A stretch of 64,000 nt of DNA from Planctomycetota bacterium (GTDB lineage: Bacteria; Planctomycetota; PLA2; JAEUHO01), in the NCBI GenBank assembly GCA_050248855.1, contig JBFWRP010000001.1:96001-160000 (forward strand), given 5' to 3'. This document shows, piece after piece, positions 18,916 to 28,115 of this stretch. The notes below the pieces were generated by a model. That model was given only the letters and a program-made list of their open reading frames with translations. It was not told where the DNA came from and did not search any database. A program made the translations under genes and the position numbers. Each line of letters opens with the position of its first letter. Positions within the stretch are counted from its first letter, which is position 1.

Positions 18916-20175
18916 CTACCGGCCGTCCGCTTGGACGAAGAGCTCCGAGAGCAGGTGGTCGAGCCAGGCCAGCCGCTCGCCGTCCTCGCCCCGCGCCAGG
19001 CAGGCCGAACGCTCCCGCCGCAGCCAGCCGAGCGCATCGGCTGTCCGCACGCGCGCAAGCGCCAGCGTCGCCGCGTACCACAGGTCGGACCGTTCCAGAC
19101 GCGCCGCCAACCAGGGCACGTCCTCGCCGCGGCGGGAGAGCCCCACGCCGCGCACGAGCGCCTCGAGCACGGGCAGGCTCTCCTCCCGGGCGTAGAAGGC
19201 CTGCCACTCCGCCGCGTCGGCGGGTGCCGCACGGGGCCCGAGCGTGCGCAGCCACGCCAGGCGGGCCTCGGGGCCCGCCGACCACCACCCCCAGCGCAAG
19301 TCGTCCCAGGCCGCACGTCGCCCTTCGCCACGTGCCTCGGCATGGCGCGCGGCCAAGAGGCGGGCCTGGGCGGCAGGGTCCTCCGCCCGCTCGAAGGCGG
19401 CCCTCCAGCGGTCCGAGGCGGTCCACGGCCCGCGCGGCGCGGGCGGGGGTGGGCTGGCACCCAGGTCGGCCAGCGCACGCGCCAGGTACTCGCGCTGGGG
19501 GCGACTCGTGGGGCCGGCCGCCACGCGGCGCAGCTCGAGCCGGGCTCGTTCGTCGAGGAGACGTGGGTGGTGGCGCGCGATCCACGCCATCTCGCGCGCC
19601 GCGTTCTCGCGCGTCCAGTGCCGCTCGTCGGCGAAGGCCCGGAACAGGCTTGCGAGCGTGGCGCGTACGCGCTCTGCGGGATCCTCGATGGCCAGCTGCA
19701 CCTGGAGCCGCGACAGCGCCTCGACCTTCTGCTCGCCCTCGAGGCCGTCGGCGGAGAACAGGGCCAGCACCTCGTAGGCCCGGCCGCTCGCGGAGGCGGA
19801 AAGGAAGAGCGCGTGCCGGCCCCGGTCGGCGGGCGCCAGCATGGGAGCCGACGGAGCGCGCGGGTCCAGCGTGGGCTCGGGACCCGGCACCCACGCCACG
19901 ATCGTGTCGCCAGCCGTGAGACCGGACTGGCCCGGCGGCGGCTCGGGACGCTTGAGCACGCGCTCGACATCGGCGCGCAGCAGCATCGGCCCCAGCGGGG
20001 CCCGACGGTCCTGGCGGATGTCGCGCACGCTCACGACCACCACGACCGCGGCCGTGGACCAGGGCCCGGTCTCGGCCTCCAGCAGCGGCGGCCGGAAGGC
20101 CTCCGCCGCATCCGCGTCCGGCACCGCCACGATGCTCGCGACGAGCAGCGCGGCGAGGAACGAGATGCGGCGCAC
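18916..20175 (-). CDS. Exported hypothetical protein with HEAT-like helices
   Basis: GTG start giving MRRISFLAALLVASIVA signal; helical repeats (DERHWTRENAAREM, DLWYAATLALARV). Alternative ATG 20217. Confidence 0.7.
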   Translation of the reverse strand: MRRISFLAALLVASIVAVPDADAAEAFRPPLLEAETGPWSTAAVVVVVSVRDIRQDRRAPLGPMLLRADVERVLKRPEPPPGQSGLTAGDTIVAWVPGPEPTLDPRAPSAPMLAPADRGRHALFLSASASGRAYEVLALFSADGLEGEQKVEALSRLQVQLAIEDPAERVRATLASLFRAFADERHWTRENAAREMAWIARHHPRLLDERARLELRRVAAGPTSRPQREYLARALADLGASPPPPAPRGPWTASDRWRAAFERAEDPAAQARLLAARHAEARGEGRRAAWDDLRWGWWSAGPEARLAWLRTLGPRAAPADAAEWQAFYAREESLPVLEALVRGVGLSRRGEDVPWLAARLERSDLWYAATLALARVRTADALGWLRRERSACLARGEDGERLAWLDHLLSELFVQADGR

Positions 20176-20265
20176 GGCGCGCTGCCGCAGCGGCTCCTGG
20201 AGCTCCGGACGACCCATGGACCGAGGGTCGCTGCGCTACGTCACCGACCGACCATCGGCACGCGC

Positions 20266-20481
20266 CTAGCCTTGCATGCGCAGCGCGCGGTACGTCCGGA
20301 CCGAGACCGGCCGGCCCCGCTGCGGGCGGAGGTCACCGAGGTGCTCCTCGCGGACCTTGGCGGCATGCACGTCGCGGTAGCGACGGCACTCCGACTCGGT
20401 GCCGACGAACAGCTCCTGGCCGTTCTGCCACACCCCGTAGTAGCGCTTGCCATCGGCGAGACACTTGAAGACGAATTCCAT
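20266..20481 (-). CDS. Small hypothetical protein (71 aa)
   Basis: MEFVFKCLADGKRYYGVWQNGQELFVGTESECRRYRDVH..; GGAG SD; globular composition unlike shadow ORFs. Confidence 0.7.
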   Translation of the reverse strand: MEFVFKCLADGKRYYGVWQNGQELFVGTESECRRYRDVHAAKVREEHLGDLRPQRGRPVSVRTYRALRMQG

Positions 20482-20748
20482 GGCGCGGGACTCCGGGCCG
20501 CGGGGGCCCTGGCGGTGGGAGGAGGAGGGGTGCGCGGGGCACCGCGCGCCGCTCGCGGCTCCCCCGAACCGCGCAAGCGACGTCCGGCCCGCCGCGCTCT
20601 CCATCGATCGTGATCGGCCGTCCACCGCGCGCGCATGAGCCCCAAGCCGCAAGAAGCGCGCAGCCGCTGGCAACCCGGTGGCGAAGTGCCCCGGGGAAGC
20701 GCTCGGGGCGCCGGCCTGCCTGGGCAGGCCGCGCCAGCAGGCACCTGG

Positions 20749-20777
20749 AGGCTGAGCCTGCAGTCCTGCTCAGCCTC
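20749..20777. terminator. Stem-loop directly after the stop of the anti-sigma-like gene
   Basis: GAGGCTGAGC..GCTCAGCCTC inverted repeat; no U-tract, so termination role is uncertain. Confidence 0.4.
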
Positions 20778-22166
20778 TCAGTAGGTGCGGTAGGCGGCCT
20801 GCCAGGCCAGCACGTCGAGGATGCGCGCCAGTGGCTGATCGGGGACGGCCACGGCCTGCGGCTGGGGCGGTGCCTGCGTGCCGTTCCCGGCGAGACGGCG
20901 CCATACACCCGCCGTGATGCCCTCGAGCGCGGCCAAGCCCGTGCTCGCAGCCGGCGTGGGGCTGGCCACCCCCGCCGCCCAGCTCGGGAAGCCCACCTCA
21001 CCGGCGCGCAGCGGCCGGATGCCGGCGCGCGCCGCGGCGTCGGCCGCCCACACGCGCCAGGGGCTGGTCGCGTCGGCGGCGGCCGGCACCGCATCCAGCA
21101 AGGCGCGGATCTCCGCCGTGCGACGACGGACCTCCCCGACACCGAGCTGACCGTAGGCCAGCATGTAGTCCTCGGCGAGGGCCAACGCGGCCGGGGCAAG
21201 CGCGTCGCGCGGTGCCTCCTGCCGCACGTGGAGGCCGTTGCGGTCCGAGGCGAGCAGCGTGCGCCGGACGTGGTCCGCGGCGCGCGCCAGCCAAGCCGCG
21301 TCCGCGGCGTCGGCGCCGGCAGCGAGCGAGTGCCGCCCCTCGGCGAGGAACGGCAGCATGCCGAGCGCCGTCACGGCAGGGCTGCTCAGGGCCGCGGCGG
21401 CGTCGGCCGGCAGCGCCCCGTCTTCGTCCTGGTTCACGCGGAGCCAGGCCAGCGTCCGCTGGACGCGGCGGGCCGTGGCCGCGCCGTCCCAGCCAAGCCT
21501 CTCGAGGCGCGCCTGCCGCAGGCCATCGAGGCGACGCACGAGCATCGGGATGGCCACCGCGGGCGGGTGCTCGGCGACCGCCGTACGCGCGCGCGGACCG
21601 ATCACCTGCAACACGGCGGCGAGGTCCTCGTCGTGCGCGCCCCCGCGGTCGTCGTCGCGTCGCGCGATGCCCAGGCCGCCTCCCGTGATCGAGGAGGGCA
21701 CTTCGGCGAGCCCTTCGGGCGTCGCAGCCCGGTCGCTCAACCACTCCGCGACCTCGAGCATCTCGAGCGCCGGAACCTCGCCGTCGCTCTCCGCCTCGAT
21801 GCGCGCGGTCAGCGGCGCCTCGCGCTCCGCCGCTCCACGTCCCCCACCGTGTCCGGCCCACGCCGCGAGGAGAACGAGCGCCGCGGCGTGTGCGACCACC
21901 GACGCAGCCAGGAGCCGCGGCAAGAGGCGCCAGCGGCGTCCCGCGCGCCGACCCTCGACCCGGCCGCCACCCCGGGCGGGCGTGCGCTCTTCGGCCTCGA
22001 CGTGGAGCCGCACGCTCCGCGCCACGGCGAACGCGTCGGCCTGGGCTTGGGCGAGCAAGGGAGCCAAGCGCGCCTCGTCCGCAGCACGCAGACGCTCGGC
22101 GTAGCGCTCGAGCTCGCGCTCGTCGGCGTCCGGGGCGGGCAGGTTGGGGTCGGCGGGTCGGCTCAC
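20778..22166 (-). CDS. Single-TM putative anti-sigma factor with alpha/alpha-toroid (prenyltransferase-repeat-like) outer domain
   Basis: Follows the ECF sigma gene; short N-terminus, TM LLAASVVAHAAALVLLAAW, then TLAWLRVNQDEDG..PAVTALGMLPFLAEG. Confidence 0.6.
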   Translation of the reverse strand: MSRPADPNLPAPDADERELERYAERLRAADEARLAPLLAQAQADAFAVARSVRLHVEAEERTPARGGGRVEGRRAGRRWRLLPRLLAASVVAHAAALVLLAAWAGHGGGRGAAEREAPLTARIEAESDGEVPALEMLEVAEWLSDRAATPEGLAEVPSSITGGGLGIARRDDDRGGAHDEDLAAVLQVIGPRARTAVAEHPPAVAIPMLVRRLDGLRQARLERLGWDGAATARRVQRTLAWLRVNQDEDGALPADAAAALSSPAVTALGMLPFLAEGRHSLAAGADAADAAWLARAADHVRRTLLASDRNGLHVRQEAPRDALAPAALALAEDYMLAYGQLGVGEVRRRTAEIRALLDAVPAAADATSPWRVWAADAAARAGIRPLRAGEVGFPSWAAGVASPTPAASTGLAALEGITAGVWRRLAGNGTQAPPQPQAVAVPDQPLARILDVLAWQAAYRTY

Positions 22167-22275
22167 GGGTCCCGGGTTCGTACCTCGGCGGGTGGGAGGG
22201 TCACGGGAGCCGGCCGCGGGACGGTGGGTCCGCCCGGCCGGGCTCTCTCCGTGCCCTTGGAACGGGACACGGGGC

Positions 22276-22860
22276 TCATGGTTCGAACCCCCGCGCCGAA
22301 AGCCAGGCCCGCAGGCGTCGGACGGCCGCGTGGACCCGCGACTTCACGGTGCCGACGGGGATCTCGAGGATCTCCCCGATCTCCTGGTAGCGCAGCCCCT
22401 CGACCTGGGACAGGGTCCAGACCTCCAGCAGGTCGGGCGGCAGGCTCGCGAGGGCCTCCTCCAAGGCCCGGCCAAGCTCCCCGCCGGCCAGGCTCTCCGG
22501 CGGAGGCGCCTCCGTCCCGGGCAGGCGCGAGGCCAGGGTGCTGCCCTCCTCGGCGTCGCCGCGCAGGTCCGCGGAGATCGTGTTCGGCTGGATGCCCTCG
22601 TGGCGCAACCGGTCGATCCAGTGGTTGCGCGCGATGCGGAAGGCGTACGTCGTGAAACGGGCCTTCGCGACGTAGCTGCGCCGCGCCCGGTAGACCTTGA
22701 CCAGGACCTCCTGCGCACCGTCCTCGGCCTCGTCCGGGCGTGCTCCCAAGCGGCGGAAGTAGCCGACGAGACGCGGGTAGACCAGCTCGACGAGCGGCGC
22801 GAACGCAGCTCGGTCGCCGGCGGCGACGCGGAGCATCAGCTCGGTCAGGGGGTCCTGCAC
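22276..22860 (-). CDS. ECF RNA polymerase sigma factor
   Basis: GDRAAFAPLV, AEDGAQEVLVKVY, FTTYAFRIARNHWID, GLRYQEIGEILEIPVGTVKSRVH; GTG start assumed. Confidence 0.95.
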   Translation of the reverse strand: MQDPLTELMLRVAAGDRAAFAPLVELVYPRLVGYFRRLGARPDEAEDGAQEVLVKVYRARRSYVAKARFTTYAFRIARNHWIDRLRHEGIQPNTISADLRGDAEEGSTLASRLPGTEAPPPESLAGGELGRALEEALASLPPDLLEVWTLSQVEGLRYQEIGEILEIPVGTVKSRVHAAVRRLRAWLSARGFEP

Positions 22861-22927
22861 GCTCGGGAGGATACGGAGGCCGTAGATGCGACGGCCGGAA
22901 TCGTCGCTGGGGAGCTGGCGTGCAGGA

Positions 22928-22957
22928 GACTCGCGTCGACTCGCGTCGACTCGCGTC
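22928..22957. repeat. Three tandem copies of near-palindromic 10-mer GACTCGCGTC
   Basis: Perfect copies at 22928, 22938 and 22948, about 70 bp upstream of the ECF sigma start. Confidence 0.9.
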
Positions 22958-25900
22958 AACGGGGAGCGGTCAGGTCGAACGGCACGACCAGGGGCTCGCC
23001 TTCCCCCACCTCGACCTCCATGCGGGAAGGTGCTTCGCGGGGCGCCGGAACGACTTCCACCGCGTAGGTCCCCGGCGCGAGGTCCGGGACGGCGACGATG
23101 CCGCTGCCTTCCTCGAGCTCGTCTTCACCGGGCCGCTGACGGCGCGGTCGCTCGCCCTCGGCCAGCACCGCCCCGTCGGCCAGCCGGACGACGGCAACGC
23201 GCACGGCCGCTACGGCCGCATCGCTTGGGCCCGTGACGAGCACGTGCAGCGCACCGGGTGCGACGAGCTCGATCTCGACCTCCGAGACCAGCCCCTCGCG
23301 CACCTGGACCGCGCGCGCCGGCGGGGAGCCCAAGCCCCGGCGAGCGACGAGCACGTACCACGTGCCTTCCGGCACGCCGCGTACCTCGACGCGTCCGAAG
23401 GCCGCCGTACGTCGCGGCCACGCAAGCAGTGCGCGTCCGGCGGCATCCACGATCTGCACCTGCGCGTAGGACACGCCCTGGCCCCACTCGTCGACGGCCG
23501 TGACGAGCACGCTGCCGCCGCGGCCCAGGGTGATCACCGTCTCGCGCTCGCCGCTCGGCGGGTCGGGCCGTACCCCGTAGGCGCGCCCTGGCGGCATGCC
23601 GATCGCGGTGGCGCGAACGTCCACGTCTTCCAGCGCGAGACCCACGAGTCGGAAGCGGCCACGCGCGTCCGTCTTCCCTTGGGCCAGCGCAGGCACGCGA
23701 TCGGGCGTGCCCGGTCGACGTGCCTCGACCCACGCGCCCGTCACGGGTCGGCCGTCGAGATCCTGCACGCGGCCCACGATGCGACCATCGTGCACCTCGA
23801 TGTCCACGACCTCCTCGTCGTGTTCCTCGAGGAGGAAGCGGCGCACGATGCGTGTCGCATCGACGGCGACCTCGAGGCGCGCACGACCCACGGCCACGCC
23901 CTCGAACCGGAACCGCCCATACGGGTCGGACGTGGCATGCCACGCACCGGGCGCCTCCTCGGCCTCCGACTCCTCGGCGCGTACCTCCAGGAGGACGCGC
24001 GCTCCCGCGACGGGCCGACCCGCGCGCACGATCTCGCCGCGGACGGCGGCCGTGCCCGCCGGGCCCAGCTCGACCTCGGTCTCCTCGTCGTGGCGCAGGG
24101 TCACCGTGACGGCTTGACGACCCTCTCCGCCCAGGCCCCGGGCGACTTCGACGATCCACGAGCCCGGCGCGAGATGCTCGACGCGAAAGCGACCGTCCGG
24201 CCCGGTGCGAACCCGCCGTGCCGAGGCGGTGCCCTCGAGCGGACGCACGATCACCAAGGAACCGTCCGAGCCGAGTCCCGATGCGTCGAGCACGGTGCCG
24301 AGGAGCGTCCCACCGGCTTCGACGACCCAGTCGTCCAGCACGCGTCGCTCGCCTTCCTCCAGCACCACGACGCGGTCGGTGGACGCCCGGCGCGGGTCAT
24401 CGACGACGATGCGCCAGCGCCCGGCAGCCAGGCTGTCGAAGGCGACGTCGCCCGCGTCGTCCGCAAGCACGACGTGGATGTCCGACGCGGCCGGGCGGCG
24501 CGGCAGGTCCCGCAACGCGTCCCCCTCCTCGCCCTCGTCGGCCCAGGCCAGCACACGCAGGCCCGGCACGCCGACACCGGCCCCGTCGACGGCCCGGAAC
24601 GCGAGCGACGCCTCGCCCGGCACATGCAGGCGTACGTCCTGCACGTCGTCCTCGCGCACCACGACGATCTCCGGCGGGGAGGTACGACCGCCTTGCCGCG
24701 CGCGCAAGGCGTACACGCCGGAAGGCAGGCCGCCGACGCGGAACTCGGCTTCGACGACACGCGGCTCGAGGCGCAGACGCAGGACCGTGCGCCACGCCGG
24801 CGCCTGGACGTCGTCGTCGTCCGCCGGCACGGGCTGCGCGACCAACAGCTCGGTCGTGCCGCCGCGGCGCTCGAGGCCCGACACGCTGCCGGCGACGGCG
24901 GCGCGCGGCGCCAGGGCGATCTCCACTTCGTCTTCGGCACCGGGCACGACGCCGTCGAGCACGGCCAAGGGCAGTCCGGCGCCGCCCTCGTCCTCGTGGA
25001 CTTCCAGGCGGTGCGTGACCCCGCGCAGCCCCGGGAAGCGGAAGCGACCATCGGCTCCCGTGCGCAGCCCCAGGTAGGCCGACGCGTCGTCGGCCGGGCG
25101 CGCGATCACGACCCACGGACCGCGGCGCGGATCGCGCGGGTCCGCCGTGAGGACGCGACCGGCCAAGGGCTCCGCGGGCACCAGGTCGATCTTGACCGGC
25201 CGGCCGCTCTTGACCGTGGCGGCGTCGACCACGACACGGGCCGGTCGCCAGCCCGCCGCGCGGGCCACCACGACCAAGTCGACGAGGGGGACGGCCGCGA
25301 AGCGCGCCTCGCCGTCGGCATCGGCCACGGCGTGGGCCCGCAGGCCCTCCAGCGCGTCGTCGCCGAACGCCTGACGGCGGTCCCGCGGCGCGACCTCCAT
25401 CTCGATACCGGGCGGAGCCCGACCATCGGGCCCCGTTGCGCGCACGCGGAGCGACGTGCTGCGATCGAGCTCGATGTCGCCCAGGTCGTCGTTGGTGTCG
25501 TTGGAGCGATCCTCGACCGGACCCAGCCAGGGCGGGGCCGTCGGTGCCATGACCAGCACGCGGAAGGGGCGATCCGGGCGCACGCCGGCAAGCACGAAGC
25601 GCCCGTCCTCCCCGCTGGTCGCACGTGCACGCAGCGGATCGTCCGGCGCCGGGTCGGCGCCCGCGTCCACGACTTCGATGCGCGCGTTGGCGACGGGCTT
25701 CCCCGCGGCATCCAGCACGCGTCCCCGATACGTACGTCGGGGCACGACGACCCACGTCGCACTCACGACGCGGCCGGGGCGGTCGACGACGATGCGCGGC
25801 GGCGGACCGGACCAGATCCAACGCTCGTCGTCCAGACGTACGTCGTACGCGCCTTCCTCCAAGCGGGACACCAGCACGCGGCCTTCGTCGTCGGAAAGGC

Positions 25901-26603
25901 CCGTGGACACCGCGGCGCTCCCGTCGCGCGCCACGACGCTCACGCGCACGCCGCGCACGGGTCCGTCCTCTTCGCGATCGGGCAAGAGGAGGGCCACGAG
26001 CTCCGCGGACGTGGAGATCTCGAAGTCGGCGGCCTCTCCCGAGCGGGCGAGGCCGATGGTCTGCCAGCGCGCGTCCGGGCGCAGGAACGACAGGCGCCAT
26101 ACGCCTGCATGGAGGCGGTCGAAGCGATAGCGCCCGGTCTCGTCCGTGCTCGTGCGGTGGGCGATCCCGCTGAGCGAGGGCACGGCGCGCGCTTCCACGA
26201 CGGCGCCCGCCAGCGTGACGCCGTCCCGCGTCAGGCGGCCCCCCACCTCCGCGGCAGGCAGCAAGCGAACGACGTCGGAGCCGGACGCGGTCGCCCGCCA
26301 GCGCGCCGGGGCATGGCCCGGTGCCGACCAGACGAACGCGCCCGCGCGGGCCCGGGCCGCGAGATCGCCGCGCATCACGAGGCGTCCTCCGGCGTCGGCT
26401 CGCGCGACTTCCTCCCCGGCGCCCGCGAGGACGAGCGCCTCGCGCTCGAGAGGCGGCGCGACGAGGACCGCGCCGGCCAGCGGCCGTCCGCGGGCGTCGA
26501 GCACCACGACGGACGCATCCTCGCCCTCGGCCCGGCCCGCGCGCAGGCCCCCCGCCACGCACGTGACGAACACCAGGAGCAGCCCGGCGCGGACGCGCGT
26601 CAT
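22956..26603 (-). CDS. Large exported protein of tandem carboxypeptidase-regulatory-like (CnaB/transthyretin-like) beta domains
   Basis: Signal MTRVRAGLLLVFV; about 12 repeats of GRVxDxxGxPVxGAxV..TDxxGRFxxxGLxxGxYxV; ATGA overlap with tsaE stop. Confidence 0.85.
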   Translation of the reverse strand: MTRVRAGLLLVFVTCVAGGLRAGRAEGEDASVVVLDARGRPLAGAVLVAPPLEREALVLAGAGEEVARADAGGRLVMRGDLAARARAGAFVWSAPGHAPARWRATASGSDVVRLLPAAEVGGRLTRDGVTLAGAVVEARAVPSLSGIAHRTSTDETGRYRFDRLHAGVWRLSFLRPDARWQTIGLARSGEAADFEISTSAELVALLLPDREEDGPVRGVRVSVVARDGSAAVSTGLSDDEGRVLVSRLEEGAYDVRLDDERWIWSGPPPRIVVDRPGRVVSATWVVVPRRTYRGRVLDAAGKPVANARIEVVDAGADPAPDDPLRARATSGEDGRFVLAGVRPDRPFRVLVMAPTAPPWLGPVEDRSNDTNDDLGDIELDRSTSLRVRATGPDGRAPPGIEMEVAPRDRRQAFGDDALEGLRAHAVADADGEARFAAVPLVDLVVVARAAGWRPARVVVDAATVKSGRPVKIDLVPAEPLAGRVLTADPRDPRRGPWVVIARPADDASAYLGLRTGADGRFRFPGLRGVTHRLEVHEDEGGAGLPLAVLDGVVPGAEDEVEIALAPRAAVAGSVSGLERRGGTTELLVAQPVPADDDDVQAPAWRTVLRLRLEPRVVEAEFRVGGLPSGVYALRARQGGRTSPPEIVVVREDDVQDVRLHVPGEASLAFRAVDGAGVGVPGLRVLAWADEGEEGDALRDLPRRPAASDIHVVLADDAGDVAFDSLAAGRWRIVVDDPRRASTDRVVVLEEGERRVLDDWVVEAGGTLLGTVLDASGLGSDGSLVIVRPLEGTASARRVRTGPDGRFRVEHLAPGSWIVEVARGLGGEGRQAVTVTLRHDEETEVELGPAGTAAVRGEIVRAGRPVAGARVLLEVRAEESEAEEAPGAWHATSDPYGRFRFEGVAVGRARLEVAVDATRIVRRFLLEEHDEEVVDIEVHDGRIVGRVQDLDGRPVTGAWVEARRPGTPDRVPALAQGKTDARGRFRLVGLALEDVDVRATAIGMPPGRAYGVRPDPPSGERETVITLGRGGSVLVTAVDEWGQGVSYAQVQIVDAAGRALLAWPRRTAAFGRVEVRGVPEGTWYVLVARRGLGSPPARAVQVREGLVSEVEIELVAPGALHVLVTGPSDAAVAAVRVAVVRLADGAVLAEGERPRRQRPGEDELEEGSGIVAVPDLAPGTYAVEVVPAPREAPSRMEVEVGEGEPLVVPFDLTAPR

Positions 26604-27154
26604 GCCGCCCCCCCGCACGTCTCGGCGAGCAGCCTCGACCACGCGGCGAGCACGCGGGCGGCTACGGGGCCTTGCGCTGCGGCCTCGAGGTGGCGGGGAT
26701 CGCCGCGCTCCGGGTCCGCGGACGAGGCCAGGAGAGGCCCGCCGACCGGCTGGAGCTCGAGCACGAGGTGGTCCTCCCCCAGGGCGCCGGTCACGCGATC
26801 GCCCCATTCGACGGCAACGAGCGCTTCGTCCTGCAGCAGATCCGGGAATCCGATGGCTTCCAGGTCCTCGGCGCCCCCCAGGCGGTAGGCATCGAGGTGG
26901 TGCAAGGTCCATGGGCCCCCCGGACCGTCGGCGAGCGGGAGGGTGCGCAGCAGCGTGAACGTCGGACTGGTGACGCGAGCCCCGGGGGGCAGGCCGAGCG
27001 CGGTGGCCAGGGCGCGCACGAAGGCGGTCTTGCCGCTCCCCAGCGGCCCGCGCAGGTCGATCACGAAGCGTCGGCACGCGCTCGTGCGGAGTGCGGAAGC
27101 CAGTGCCGCGGCGACGCGGGCCGTCGTGGGGAGGTCGGTGAGCGCGATGTGCAC
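26600..27154 (-). CDS. tsaE: tRNA t6A biosynthesis ATPase TsaE
   Basis: LRGPLGSGKT, VTSPTFTL, HLDAYRL, VEWGD. Confidence 0.93.
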   Translation of the reverse strand: MHIALTDLPTTARVAAALASALRTSACRRFVIDLRGPLGSGKTAFVRALATALGLPPGARVTSPTFTLLRTLPLADGPGGPWTLHHLDAYRLGGAEDLEAIGFPDLLQDEALVAVEWGDRVTGALGEDHLVLELQPVGGPLLASSADPERGDPRHLEAAAQGPVAARVLAAWSRLLAETCGGAA

Positions 27155-27188
27155 GCCCCCGATGATGGCAGGCGACCTGCGTCCGGTG

Positions 27189-28115
27189 TCAGGGAAGGGG
27201 GGCGAGGTGGTCGAACCCGCCGCGCGGCCACGCTTGCGCGCGCCCGCCCCGCACGAGGACCAGCCCGGCTTCCGGGGGCGTGACGACGCCGATCTCGACG
27301 GGCGCGGCACCGAGGCGGGCCAGGGCCTCGCGCGTCGCGACGTCCAGCGGCGCGTGGGCCAGGAGGAGCTCGAAGTCCTCCCCGTCGCACAGGGCGCGTT
27401 GCACGCGGTCGGCGACGCCCGGCGGTACGTCGTCGTGGATCGGGATGCGCTCCCCGTCGATGCGCGCCCCCACGCCCGAGGCGCGTGCCAAGCGAGGCAG
27501 GTCGCGCGCCAAGCCGTCGGAGATGTCCATCATCGCGTGCACGCGTCCGCTCAGGGCGAGGATCTCGCCGGCTTCGACGCGCGAGGCAGGCGCAAGGTGT
27601 CGACCTGCCAACGACCCACCGAGCGGCCCCGTCACCGAGAGGCGGTCCCCGACGCGGGCTCCTGCGCGCGTGAGCACGCCTCCGCGCCCCGGGGTCCCGA
27701 GCATCGTGACGGCGATGGTGAGGGGGCCGTCCGCCACGTTCGTGTCCCCCCCCACCAGCGAGAGCCCGTGCGCCTGGGTCGCCGCGAGCAAGCCGTCGCG
27801 CACGCCCTCCAGGTACGCCCGCGCGTTCTGGCGCGGCAACACGAGCCCTGCGACCAGGACGCGGGGCCGTGCACCCATGGCCGCGAAGTCGCTCACGTTG
27901 ACGGCGACCGCCTTGCTCGCGAGCGCCGCGGCGCCCACCTCCGCCACGATCCCGTGCACGCCGTCGACGAGGACATCGGTGGCCACGAGCCAGCCTTCCG
28001 GTACGGCGCGCAGCCACGCCGCGTCATCGCCGATCCCCAGCGCGACGAGGTCGCCGGCAGGGAACGCGCGCGCCAGGTCGCGCGTCCAGGCGTCTTCGTC
28101 CCACGTGTCGCTCAC
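27189..28115 (-). CDS. thiL: Thiamine-phosphate kinase
   Basis: GIGDDAA, KAVAVNVSDFAAMG, LVGGDT, MMDISDGL, GEDFELL. Confidence 0.95.
   Translation of the reverse strand: MSDTWDEDAWTRDLARAFPAGDLVALGIGDDAAWLRAVPEGWLVATDVLVDGVHGIVAEVGAAALASKAVAVNVSDFAAMGARPRVLVAGLVLPRQNARAYLEGVRDGLLAATQAHGLSLVGGDTNVADGPLTIAVTMLGTPGRGGVLTRAGARVGDRLSVTGPLGGSLAGRHLAPASRVEAGEILALSGRVHAMMDISDGLARDLPRLARASGVGARIDGERIPIHDDVPPGVADRVQRALCDGEDFELLLAHAPLDVATREALARLGAAPVEIGVVTPPEAGLVLVRGGRAQAWPRGGFDHLAPLP

Noticed and set aside
20778..22166. Functional squalene-hopene cyclase (also considered for 55145..56431)
   Set aside because: Too short, no DxDD motif, and both carry TM or signal segments; only the repeat fold is suggested.
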